A stretch of DNA of 63,423 bases, counting the filler, from Guillardia theta CCMP2712 (taxonomy: Eukaryota > Protista > Cryptophyta): assembly GCF_000315625.1 (NCBI RefSeq). It is 5 parts of 5 records of this genome, joined end to end, with 100 filler letters (N's around TTAATTAATTAA, not from the genome) between each part and the next. Parts side by side here need not be neighbours in the genome. Positions count along the whole stretch, not along the records: positions 23,365 to 39,660 come from NW_005434329.1; positions 39,761 to 56,392 come from NW_005434653.1; 3 more parts are not named here. The stretch is one strand, 5' to 3'. Numbering within the stretch: position 1 is the stretch's first letter; each line of letters starts with the position of its first letter. The notes under the pieces were generated by a model. It was not told the DNA's origin, did not search any database, and was given only the letters and a program-made list of their open reading frames with translations. The position numbers and the translations under genes are program-made. This document shows positions 34,392 through 44,639 of the stretch, piece after piece.

Positions 34392-34428
34392 TTAAGCTCG
34401 CAGCTCTAACCAACTGAGCTACACGAAC
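34392..34428 (-). pseudogene. 5' half of a second tRNA (Ile-UAU-like), broken in the anticodon loop
   Basis: GTTCGTG TA GCTC AGTTGGTTA GAGC T GCGAG CTTA..: canonical acceptor 5' strand, D-arm and 5' anticodon stem; no matching 3' half found in the block. Confidence 0.7.
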
Positions 34429-34746
34429 AAAGGGCAAATTAAAAATAATTCAGTATAGATTAAAGAAACTGAGGACCAACACAATTGCTAACTGATCTTA
34501 ACAAGAGCATTGACCACAATCTAATGGATTCTGATAAGTTTTAGTATTGACTCATCAGATGATCAATATATGCTATGTTATCCTTATATACTTTTGGGTA
34601 TGGAAAGATTGTGGCTATTTAGACGCAGTTATTTGATCTGGATTGATATTTTTCACCCATTTTCACATGACATTATATGATATGCCATGCTTCTTAGCAA
34701 CACGAAATAATAAAAATTTATGATGTCCCTTATATATCTTTTACAT

Positions 34747-37725
34747 TCATACTCTAGGCTTCTTCGAAGAGTCCTCTTGTGGTTCCTTGTCAGCATCCTT
34801 TTGTGATCGGCAGAGTTGTTGGCTGTATGATGCTATCATATTATTGTATTTGTCGAAGTGTACCTTTCGATTCAAACTGACCATGTTCCTCATCTTCTTT
34901 GTGTTTCTTAATATGCGCTCATATACATTCCTTACAAATGGTGATTGTGGAATCTCGTTCTCAGTCTTGATCCCGTTCTCAGATATCAAACGCAACCACT
35001 GCTCCTCAATAGGAAGGAAGCTCTTCTCTAATACCATCTGAGGAACCTCGATGAGCCTCTCCAGCATCTCGCTCGAATATGCCATTGGCTTGCTTGATGA
35101 AGGCAAGCAACACACAACAAGCTCTCTTTCATCCACAGATAGCTCAGATTCAAAGGTTGATACAACAGACCTTACAAATTCCTTCTTCTCAACAAGTGAT
35201 GCCTCAAATCTGTTCAATACTGCCTTCAGGTGCTCTAAGAACCTTGGAACTCTCACATCGTTCTTCATGGCCATGAGCATCCGTTGTGATGCCATCGCAA
35301 GCATGCACGCAGACAGCACATCAAAATGAAAGTCAGCATGGAACTTGTGCAACCTGCTAAGGTCCAGCAACAATGTCTCGGGACAGTCCTTCGTCTTAAC
35401 TGGCTCATTCCCTGTGATGAGGCTCAACACAGAGGCAGTATGGATATCGACATATGCCTTCGCCTCTCCTCGCACAAGCCTCGCAAGATCTGTCCTTCCC
35501 CTCTCAATCTCCTTCTGTATGACCTCATGAATCCATTCAGGTGTCCGCTTTAGATAGGTTGGGTTCGCCTTCAGCTTCTTGTTCATGTGCGCTTGTTCAT
35601 ATTCTATGCCATGGTTTTGTATTACATGAGCAATGCTCCGCAACCTTGTGTTTGCTGCGTCCACTCTCATGACATTCACGCGTGACAGCACGTACTCCAA
35701 TGCCTTGCAGAAAGACATAGGTTGGTCTTGAGGGGTGCTAGCTCTCAGTTCCTGCTCAAGTTCATTCCACCTGTCCTGTGTCTCTTTCTTCCTGAATGGT
35801 TCCTGGATCTCCATTGCGATTCCCAACATGCCCCTGATCAAGGATATACATGACTCCCAATCAATGGTTCCGGACTCGATCTGTTCCTGCCAATACAATG
35901 TGTCAATCTTCTCCTTTAGTTCTTTGCTCCGGCCAGGTGTAAGATCTATCATGCCATCTCTAACCTCTCCTATGACCCTTAGCACTCTGATGTAACAAGG
36001 TGGGCTCAATCTAAGGTCATCCACAAGGCTATCCCAAAAGGCCACCTTGAAGCTCTCTCGCACCTTTGCGAGCACAGGATTTTCAATGTATCCCGCTCCC
36101 TCAACATCAAGCGTGAAGGTTGGATCTAGAAGGAGTTCATGTGCCAACTGTTCATTTGTCATCCTGCCAGGGAGGGAAGACAATCCAGACGCATTCATGG
36201 AGGATGATTCAGGTGCTGGCACTGAAGGAGGGGTATCAACATTAATAGAGCTCAATCCTTGTAGAACAAGTGATTCATCGAAGCTCTCCAATCCCTGTGG
36301 CCCTGCCATCTGGAGCATCTTTGCTCTGAGTTTAACCTTCTGTGATTCAAATTCGGCCTTCATAGAATCATACTCCTCATTATCAGGGTGAAGGTGTGAT
36401 TCAGCACGATAGACAGCAAGAAGAGCATGCTTGATGCGCTCCGTAAGCTTGTTTTCATCGGGGATCTTCCATGCCTTGAAGGCATCAAGATACTCATCAA
36501 GCTGTTTCAGAAAGCATATCCATGAATGCCAATCATACAGAGTAACAGGCCTTGATTTCGAATCCTCAACCCTTGAGCAGATATCTTTGAAGGTGCTCAC
36601 AAGTCTTTTGGCGGCATCCTCAACAGTCCTCTCAAGCCTGCCAATACACTCGAAACAGCTCTCAGGCCTTGCAATGATCATGAACGCTGCTAAGAATACC
36701 CTCACATTTGGTCTCTCAACATTTCTTGTGTCCGAAGGGATCCTTGCTCTGATCTTAGCTCTTGTTGTCAGGTATATGATTGTTTCTAGCATCTTCTTCA
36801 TGCGCAATATAACCCAATTCACTCGCAAGCGTGCTGTCACCTCTTCAAATGGAGCGGTGTTCATCCACTCAGATATTATCCTTGTGCTGTTCACTCTTGA
36901 CACTTGGAATCGGATAGATCCCTTAAGTACATGGTTTCTGAAGAATCGGCTGATAGCAAGGCTTGCGGATGTCTCATCAAGATTTGGGATTTGTTGTTGT
37001 GTCTTCCGTCTGTAAAGATTCTTATGGCATCGCGAGTAATATTCAGGATCGTGTGCTATCAAGTCCCTATTGCTTTGACAAACAAAGACCTCGTCATTAT
37101 CGTATATGATTGATTGTGTGTCCTCATAGAATTCTGATATGCCTTCTTGCTCCTTGAAACACTCCTGGATATTATCACCCTTCGCTATGAAATTTGAGCA
37201 CCATCTGATGATGTTGTTACAATGATGCGCAAATCCGATGTTTCCAGGCAAGGGCTTGCCAAAGGTAATACACCTCATATTTCTCTGTGAGAGGGAATTC
37301 TGAACAGCATGAAGCATCGTCAGTTGTGATAGGAGCCCACCCATTGAAAACCCTGAAAAGTATATCTCATTGTCTTGCGATATATCTTTGAGGAACTCAA
37401 TAAGCTCTTTATATACATGGCTATTGAGAAGCCTCTGTAGATGAAGGACAACAGGGGAGAGGATGGATACATTGGAAGGGACATTGCTCCATATCTTGTC
37501 AACCTCATTTAGGGGGCTCAGGGAGCAATCATCGGGAATGATGAGATCATGGTGAAGATGGAAGGCGATAACATAGCTCAAACCAGAATGAAACACCGAT
37601 ATCTTGACATCATCAATTTCCCAGGTTTGAACGAGCTCGGCGGGAACCCCACTTCCAAATCTTGTTTGATCATAAACATGAAGGGAAGACAATCCGCAGA
37701 TAGATACAATCTTGAAACTATACAT
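34747..37725 (-). CDS. Class-3 lipase domain fused to T-complex protein 11 (TCP11/SOK1) domain, 992 aa, intronless
   Basis: Lipase: IYFSGFSMGG, CITFGKPLPGN, GDNI, AHDPEYY. TCP11: NVRVFLAAFMI, QLAHELLLDPTF, AFWDSLVDDL, MRVDAANTRL, GIEYEQ, PETLLLDLSRL. Confidence 0.85.
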   Translation of the reverse strand: MYSFKIVSICGLSSLHVYDQTRFGSGVPAELVQTWEIDDVKISVFHSGLSYVIAFHLHHDLIIPDDCSLSPLNEVDKIWSNVPSNVSILSPVVLHLQRLLNSHVYKELIEFLKDISQDNEIYFSGFSMGGLLSQLTMLHAVQNSLSQRNMRCITFGKPLPGNIGFAHHCNNIIRWCSNFIAKGDNIQECFKEQEGISEFYEDTQSIIYDNDEVFVCQSNRDLIAHDPEYYSRCHKNLYRRKTQQQIPNLDETSASLAISRFFRNHVLKGSIRFQVSRVNSTRIISEWMNTAPFEEVTARLRVNWVILRMKKMLETIIYLTTRAKIRARIPSDTRNVERPNVRVFLAAFMIIARPESCFECIGRLERTVEDAAKRLVSTFKDICSRVEDSKSRPVTLYDWHSWICFLKQLDEYLDAFKAWKIPDENKLTERIKHALLAVYRAESHLHPDNEEYDSMKAEFESQKVKLRAKMLQMAGPQGLESFDESLVLQGLSSINVDTPPSVPAPESSSMNASGLSSLPGRMTNEQLAHELLLDPTFTLDVEGAGYIENPVLAKVRESFKVAFWDSLVDDLRLSPPCYIRVLRVIGEVRDGMIDLTPGRSKELKEKIDTLYWQEQIESGTIDWESCISLIRGMLGIAMEIQEPFRKKETQDRWNELEQELRASTPQDQPMSFCKALEYVLSRVNVMRVDAANTRLRSIAHVIQNHGIEYEQAHMNKKLKANPTYLKRTPEWIHEVIQKEIERGRTDLARLVRGEAKAYVDIHTASVLSLITGNEPVKTKDCPETLLLDLSRLHKFHADFHFDVLSACMLAMASQRMLMAMKNDVRVPRFLEHLKAVLNRFEASLVEKKEFVRSVVSTFESELSVDERELVVCCLPSSSKPMAYSSEMLERLIEVPQMVLEKSFLPIEEQWLRLISENGIKTENEIPQSPFVRNVYERILRNTKKMRNMVSLNRKVHFDKYNNMIASYSQQLCRSQKDADKEPQEDSSKKPRV

Positions 37726-37854
37726 TGGCTTTTGTTTATAAGAAAAGATTGCGGATCATTTTTTCGATCTTGTGGTGAGCGAGCTATAAAGGAATGTATA
37801 CATGCCAACATATAAATCATAGATGTATGGAATAAAAAGATTGTAAATAGATAA

Positions 37855-38382
37855 ATGGATGGCTACAAGAAAACAAACGAGAAGATCCGGATCGGCAATA
37901 GAGATCGGATAGTGTATTCTAAGGGAAGATCGAAGTATGTCATATTCAACAAGGAGTACACCAATATAAGATCGCCAGTGTTCTCAAAGAACAAGAAGAA
38001 GGGCGGGGCGCTGCGATTTATTTTAAGCTCTAGCAAGAAGCCAGGAGACATTGCCATAGATGACACAAAGAGAATAATGGATTACAATAATACAGATGAG
38101 CTAGCGAGATTACAAGACATTTTCTCCAGCCATCAGAAGATATCTATGGATGGATATGAAAACCTAACTTACATCCAAATGAATAGTTATTATGATCATG
38201 CGATGAATAGAAGAAATGAGCTTGAACTAAGGTTCAAAGACTCAAGCAACAGATATTTCACACTAAGGATCGTTCGGTCTGAAATAAGAAAATCATTCGT
38301 GTTCAATAATGACTTTGATGTGCTTTATTCAGTGTACATCAATGATTCCAAAAAGGATTCGGTGACCCTCACACTCGGTTAG
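37855..38382 (+). CDS. Hypothetical viral-like protein, 175 aa
   Basis: ATG after A-rich leader; basic N-terminus YKKTNEKIRIGNRDRIVYSKGRSKYV...KKKGG; divergent from the lipase-TCP11 gene. Confidence 0.7.
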   Translation: MDGYKKTNEKIRIGNRDRIVYSKGRSKYVIFNKEYTNIRSPVFSKNKKKGGALRFILSSSKKPGDIAIDDTKRIMDYNNTDELARLQDIFSSHQKISMDGYENLTYIQMNSYYDHAMNRRNELELRFKDSSNRYFTLRIVRSEIRKSFVFNNDFDVLYSVYINDSKKDSVTLTLG

Positions 38383-38475
38383 TTTAGAGAATCTCTACAA
38401 GCTACATCGAGAAACCTAGCATGCCCATAAGAGCATTTGAGAGACACCAATAAAACATTTATATATAAACAAGAG

Positions 38476-39138
38476 ATGAGCAAGAATTACATTTATTTGC
38501 ATGTATGTTGTATCAATAATTGGAAGGAGATCGTACAGAATCTGTTGAACAACATAGTAGATTCAGGGCTATACAATATCATCGATGAGATCCGTTGTGT
38601 GATTCTGGGCAATTACAATGATGAATTCAAGCATTATGATAAGATCAAGATCATTTATCTATCGAACGACACGGCCCTTTTTGAATTCAAAATAATGGAA
38701 TTATTGTACTCACACTCTCTTGTTGAGGATTTCAATGTGCTTTATATACACTCTAAGGGTGTCACACGCAACTTCGCTTCGATAAAACAAAACATAAAGG
38801 ATTGGATAGATTTCATGGTTTATTTCAATATCCATGAGCATGCCAAGTGTTTAGAGCTATTGAAGACTCATGATGCTGTGGGAGTGAATTTGCAATCGAA
38901 CCCAAGATTGCATTTCTCAGGGAATTTCTGGTGGTCTAAATCTTCACATGTAAAGACTCCAGGTGTCATCAAAGACATGAGTTACAATGGACCAGAATTC
39001 TACATAACATCAAAGATAAATGGCAAATACATATCATTGTGGGATTCAGGAAAGAATCACTACACCGAAAGGTATCCAAAGGAGAGCTATCGGGGAGAGC
39101 GCCCCGAACGCGCTTTGACTGAGGCAAGGTTGACATAG
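38476..39138 (+). CDS. Putative glycosyltransferase-like protein of the virus-associated 'LYxHSKG...HFSGNFWW' type
   Basis: YIYLHVCCINNW, VLYIHSKGVT, DAVGVN, HFSGNFWWSKS, HY...YP motifs; function is inferred. Confidence 0.6.
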   Translation: MSKNYIYLHVCCINNWKEIVQNLLNNIVDSGLYNIIDEIRCVILGNYNDEFKHYDKIKIIYLSNDTALFEFKIMELLYSHSLVEDFNVLYIHSKGVTRNFASIKQNIKDWIDFMVYFNIHEHAKCLELLKTHDAVGVNLQSNPRLHFSGNFWWSKSSHVKTPGVIKDMSYNGPEFYITSKINGKYISLWDSGKNHYTERYPKESYRGERPERALTEARLT

Positions 39139-39334
39139 TATCTTGTACGACACTATATCATGTTGCTATATTTGATCTTTATTTTTCATACAGGTTCATT
39201 GAACATCTGAGTTTAGCATTTCTCAACATAGCTGTATATGATATAAAGAGATCGTCATATGTCGGGGAGAGCGCCCCGAACGCGCTTTGACTGAGGCGAG
39301 GTTGACATGATATCTTGTACAGGCCTTATATCAT
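39090..39334. repeat. Two ~70-bp subtelomeric direct repeats, each starting with a TCGGGG-N6-CCCCGA hairpin
   Basis: TCGGGGAGAGCGCCCCGAACGCGCTTTGACTGAGGCRAGGTTGACAT at 39090 and 39262; third partial TCGGGGAGAG at 39520. Confidence 0.85.
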
Positions 39335-39549
39335 AATCCTATGTACATCTCTTGGAATACGATACAGGATCTCATGGAGATATGACTCCGATGATCTCAT
39401 TATATCTGTATATGATCACAAGATATGGCCATAGAGTGTCATATAAACTTTTTTGGTAAAGCTTTTTTCTAAAAAGCTTTGTGGTACATGATCCATGTAA
39501 GTCGGGGTCTGGGTCGGGGTCGGGGAGAGAAAGCTACCGCATGGGTAGC

Positions 39550-39660
39550 TTAGGGTTTAGGGTTTAGGGTTTAGGGTTTAGGGTTTAGGGTTTAGGGTTT
39601 AGGGTTTAGGGTTTAGGGTTTAGGGTTTAGGGTTTAGGGTTTAGGGTTTAAGGGTTTAGG
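39550..39660 (+). repeat. Telomeric repeat (TTTAGGG)n
   Basis: About 15 tandem TTTAGGG units, G-strand running toward the block end. Confidence 0.97.
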
Positions 39661-39760
39661 NNNNNNNNNNNNNNNNNNNNNNNNNNNNNNNNNNNNNNNN
39701 NNNNTTAATTAATTAANNNNNNNNNNNNNNNNNNNNNNNNNNNNNNNNNNNNNNNNNNNN
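39661..39760. other. Artificial scaffold linker
   Basis: N44-TTAATTAATTAA-N44. Confidence 0.95.
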
Positions 39761-39815
39761 GAGGGAGGGAGGGGTGGTGAAGGAGGGAGGGTGGTGAAGG
39801 AGTCAGATGCCTGTA

Positions 39816-40753
39816 CCTCCTGGCAGCGCAAGCTTGAGAAATTCGTCGAGGTGTAGGAGGCACTCACGATCCCACCCGTGCCACGTCGGTTTGTGAAGGC
39901 CGTACACCTTGCAAGCAGCGAGGACGATGAGGAGGGAGACGTAGTAGGCGAGGGAGAGAGACAGCGCTGCTGACGCCACTCCCAGCCCCAGCACGTCCTC
40001 AGTCACCAGCAGCCAGCACCCCACCAAGTGAAGGACATTAGCGGCGAGGGAGGCCCACACGAAGGGCTGCATGATCCCCTGCGCTTGGAGGTACTTCCGA
40101 AGCGCTTCAAGGACGCCCATGGCAGGCAGCCCAGCGAGCATGAAGCGGCAGAAGCTTCCTGCCAGACGCGCCACCTCCCACTCCACTCCCAAAAGGTGGA
40201 GAATATTGGGAGCGAACCACCAAAAGAAGGCGATAGGGATGGAGGCAGCACCAAGGACGACCATGGCTCGCTGAAGGGCGAGAGAGACTTGACGAGGCTG
40301 CTGGGCTCCATGGAAATGAGCAGCGAGTGTCTCCAACGCGGAGGACAGTCCCACAAGCAGCGAGGCCCCTGTAACATTGACGTACATTACCCCCAGTCCA
40401 ACCCCCGCCAGCCCTGCCGCTCCCTCCCCCCCTGCCGCTAAGAAGATGGTCAAGCTGAGGCCCATCTGAAGGGCAAGAGATCCGATGACCGGAGCTCCGA
40501 GCCTCACGATCTCCGTCCCCTCCTTCACCCAAGCCTCGCTCCTTGGCCGTCGTTGACTACACTCATTGCAAGCATTCGCATGCGCTTCATGCGGCTTGAG
40601 CTCGCGCTCGTCGCTTACGCTCTCTTTGTGCTGTTCTTGCATGCCGCTTCCTCTCTGCCTGCTCTTCCTCTCTGCCTGCTCTTCCTCACCCCCTCCCCAT
40701 GAGCTCCCATCCTGCATCTCCTGCATGGTTGCCGCCCCCATCTGCTCCCTCAT
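39816..40753 (-). CDS. MATE (DTX/NorM-like) efflux transporter, first exon; remainder beyond block edge
   Basis: EIVRLGAPVI, GLAGVGLG..YVNVTG.SLLVGLSSALETLAAHFHGA, LRKYLQAQGIMQP, GLGVASAALS, TWHGW...FLKLALPG followed by a GT donor. Confidence 0.92.
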
Positions 40754-41730
40754 CCCCTATCACTTGGGGAATATAAAAGCCCAGATAAAACCTGCAAGCC
40801 AGCTGCACGGGTACAAATGTGCCGGGCCCAGTGACCGGGCCCGGCCCATCAGTCACTGAGTGCCGCAAGCCTGCCCAGTGCCTATTCAATGATTCAGGCC
40901 CTGCCACCGAATAGTGACATAGGCCAAGCTTGAAGCCGCGGGCCTGAGTCAGTGTGATCATCGGATCCCGGGCCCCCGGGCCCGGTCGGTAGGCAAGCTC
41001 GAGCCTCCCCGGGCCACTGAAGGGCTTGGTCTCGTCCCAACCCATGGTGGGCGACAGAGCACGCGGCACGGCCCGAGTCTGTCGAGTACGGGTGATCGCT
41101 TCCCAGTGTGGTAGTGGGACGGGCCCGAGAATCAGCCTGACCGTGGGCCGAAGAGTCGCTCGGATGCAACAACACCTTTAAGCCTAGTGTGTGATCACTT
41201 GTCGTAGAGGCCGCATCATTGGGCGGCGCTGCAGCGGCTCCGTGGCTCCGTGGCCGCAACATGATGCACCGACCCGGCGTGAATTATGACCGGCAGCACC
41301 TCAGGAGCTACATAGTACAGTCTGACTCACTGGCGGACGGTCTACTACTGACTTCCGAGGCTCAGTAAGGCTCTCCGAGGCTCAACTTGGTGTACCGAAG
41401 GCTGTGGACGTTTAGTTACGTGAGATGCAACACACTCGGACGTCATGGCATTCTCATACAGTTGGAACTGATAAGTTCAGTTGTCGACGATCACTAGATC
41501 GAGTTGGTGAGGGCGAATCTGAATCACCTTATCTGTCCTTGCGACGATCGGGTGAACCTCGAGGAGGAGCAGGCAGCAGACCTAAGCGGACGCACGAGGG
41601 ATGCTCGCTCGTGCGCGAGGAGCCTCACCATCCCTGGGGATTCCCCTCGACTATTGAAGGATCGTCAACAACTGCTAAGGTGGTCTGTCCTTTCCCTTGC
41701 TGTGTGTGTCACGAATCGATAGTGTGTTGG

Positions 41731-41870
41731 TGTTATCAAATAAACTTCATATCTCTACTGTTATCAAATAAACTTCATATCTCTACTGTTATCAAATAAA
41801 CTTCATATCTCTACTGTTATCAAATAAACTTCATATCTCTACTGTTATCAAATAAATTTCATGTCTCTAC
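41731..41870. repeat. 28-bp tandem repeat, about 5 copies
   Basis: TGTTATCAAATAAACTTCATATCTCTAC repeated without spacers. Confidence 0.92.
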
Positions 41871-44639
41871 ACTTCACCTTTGTGTATGATCCAGTGGAGG
41901 CGCCTTGAGCATGCGCTGTAGACGTCTGCAACCCGTAAAGCTTCGGGGTGTGATACGATTTGGTAGCGTTAAGTGTTAGTGTGTTAAGTGTTGGTGTAGT
42001 ACATTTGTGAAGTTTCCTTCTGTTCCCCTCTCCAATTTGCTTTAGTTTTTGCTTCTGGATTACTGTGTGTCGTACAATGCTCGACTGGCTGCTTCCAAGC
42101 AGATCTCTGAACGTCTTTCAGATAATGATTGGCAATCCGTGAGGGGCGCCGATGATTTGGGACAAGACCGCGTTGTCTTCACACAGACGGTGGTGCAATC
42201 ATTAGACCGCGCCTTCACACAGGCTATGGGGGTTCAAACATTGCAAGACCTGGCTCAGCAGGTTGCGTCACTCCAGGCGCAACTGCTCTATAGATGCGCC
42301 TGACGGTGGAGCCTGACAGCCCGAAAGGATGATGGGCATGGTACAGTCGCCAGGCACTGCGGTCACCATGGAAGGGGATGCGAGGGAACGATGACACTAT
42401 GCTCTTCTTGTAGATGCTTCAGAACACGAATGCTGCTCTTCCTGCCCAATCATACTCACCAAGATTCTATTTTTCAGAGTGCTTGATGCTGCGCTTACTT
42501 GATGAGGGTGTCACCAGTCTTCTCCTTGTGCAGTAATATCTGCTGTTGCTCTTTGAAACATGGTTCTTTCATTTGAATTCATGATAACACCTCTTGCCAC
42601 TATAGTTCAAGGCTGCCTGAACCAGCAACCAGACAACCAACAGGTCCAGAACACACCAGCCTCTTCAACATTCACTACCTCAAAGTAGTCCCATGTTTCT
42701 AGAATACCTTGTCCTGTTTCCTAGATGGAGAAGCAACAACGTTCACTTGATTTTTTATTGTACATAGCTCCTCATACCTCTAAGGGTATAGCCATCTTAT
42801 CTCAGGCCTATGTTTCCTTGCTCGCTGAAGGTGTGTAGATCAACAACATTTCGCAGTCATAGGTTGCTTTCTAAGCCTGCAGGCTTGTCAAGTCTCATAC
42901 GAAGCGATCGTGTATGTGTGCATACAGAGATGAATTCTTCTCTTTTATGCTCATGATCGGACAAGCTGCTGAATTTCTGCCAACTGCAGTCACCGTCCAT
43001 GCGGTGCTCCCTGCAGGCTTTGTCTTGTCTTTTTTGCTCCTTTCCTCTTTTTGTTTTTCCTCATGTCTCACTCAAAAAGTACTTTTTATTCAGCTCACGG
43101 CGCTATTCCGAAAAAAAAACATTCTTCAGAGTAGACAATATCCAAAAAAAGTCTTTTCATATTCAAATCCGCGTGTTGTTATCGAAACGTTGTCTTTCAT
43201 GCTTCAAGTCCGTAAAAGGATTTAAAAGGCAACGTAGGGTAGGGACATCAGGCACAACACATCACTACCGGTTTATCAGTATGGATAATTGGGGGTACTG
43301 TCGATAAAGGCCAAACGCAGTAACCCCCACCCCCTTTGATACATGAGACATGACTCAGGGGTTAAGGGGGGTACAGAACGTCAGTGACCATGTTGCAGGG
43401 TTCATGGTGTAGGCAGTAGTAAATATAAGGGGTGGGTGTTTTTTGCGTTACATCAATAACGATCGATTCGAACGGCTTGTGGCCCTTTTCCAGCTCTCCA
43501 CCCCTACCCAACATCACCGTTACAACCCCCTCTTTGACATGACCCCCCCTCTCCTAGGGAGAATGACCCTTGCTCTGTGGTCTATTGAGCCTCAAAATGA
43601 ACACTACCCCACCCAGCCATCTGCTGGCCTTTCCACCCCCACCCCTCTCACGAAGGGGATTCAACCTAGATGTAGGGGTCTAGCAAAAAAAGAATTTTCG
43701 GAGTCTTGTAGGAGCTCAAGGACCCCCTTACAATTTCCTTCTTTTCAAGTACACACCCTACCCCCTCTGATTCCTTTTTTCCATTTTTACCCCTACCCCC
43801 CTAAGTTCACAGCCATGTCAGCGCTGGCTCCTTTATACTGTACCCCTACCTCTGGTTACTCCCCGGTTCAACAATATGTTTCTACCCCACCCTCAGAGCA
43901 CTTCTCTTATTAAGATCACCACCCTACCCACAAGGTCTTCTAAAATTATATCTACCACCCCCCATGCAATTCTACCCCACCCCCTTCCCATCACACCGTT
44001 GATCACGCTCACACCGGCGGCGATGCAGGGGTGTGGAGGGAGGAAGGGCGACGGGAGGCTATGGAAATGAGGAAGAAAAGGAGATCAACAGCGAGAGCAA
44101 CGAGAAGATGCAAGTGCAGAGAGGAGGGTGGAAGATTTCATGAAGGGCTGTACAAGCCATTTGGATATGAGCAGAAGGTGTCGAGGGGCTCCCCTGTAAT
44201 TTGCAGCGAACAGCTGTAAATGCAGCTGACAGCAAAAACGAATAGCGTAGGACAGATTGAGGAAGAAAAGGTGTCTTCAGTGAAGAAAAGGAAACTATTC
44301 TTGAAATATGTCTCTACAAATCGAAGGGCAGGGCAGCAGGGCAGGGCAGGGCAGGGCAGGGCAGGGCAGCAGGGCAGTCCAGGTATGAGGGACCCACTCG
44401 GCGAACTCACTTCTGGTCGTACTGCTGTTCGCCCCTCAATGTTGTTCCTCTGAACATCCCTCTCATGAAGTCTTGATGCAATCTAATCTGCCTCAAGTGT
44501 CACTGAAGTATCCCTTCGCTCTACGATACTTGTTGATCCTGACCTCCCCTCCACCCTCCTCCCTCCGACCCGACCTCTCGTGTCTTCACTGCGCCCCTTC
44601 TTTCGTCAGCAATGTGCTCGCCTGCCGAGCGCTCATGCA

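Larger units (their letters stand above)
23365..39549. mobile_element. Endogenous viral-like segment (Polinton-like/virophage-type left part, giant-virus-like right part)
   Basis: AT-rich, gene-dense, intronless, and without the host's GAG-repeat introns. Encodes GIY-YIG and HNH nucleases, a PolA-like/D5 helicase, EsV-1-7-type Cys repeats and a CCA-encoding tRNA. No capsid gene seen. Confidence 0.75.

Noticed and set aside
41731-41870. 28-bp repeat as a CRISPR array
   Set aside because: Pure tandem repeat without spacers.
43300-44030. ACCCC/GGGGT-rich intergenic tracts (also ~15300-15620 and ~59930-60420) as a defined transposon family
   Set aside because: Only short shared words (e.g. TAGGGGGTAGG); I could not establish termini or alignable homology by eye.
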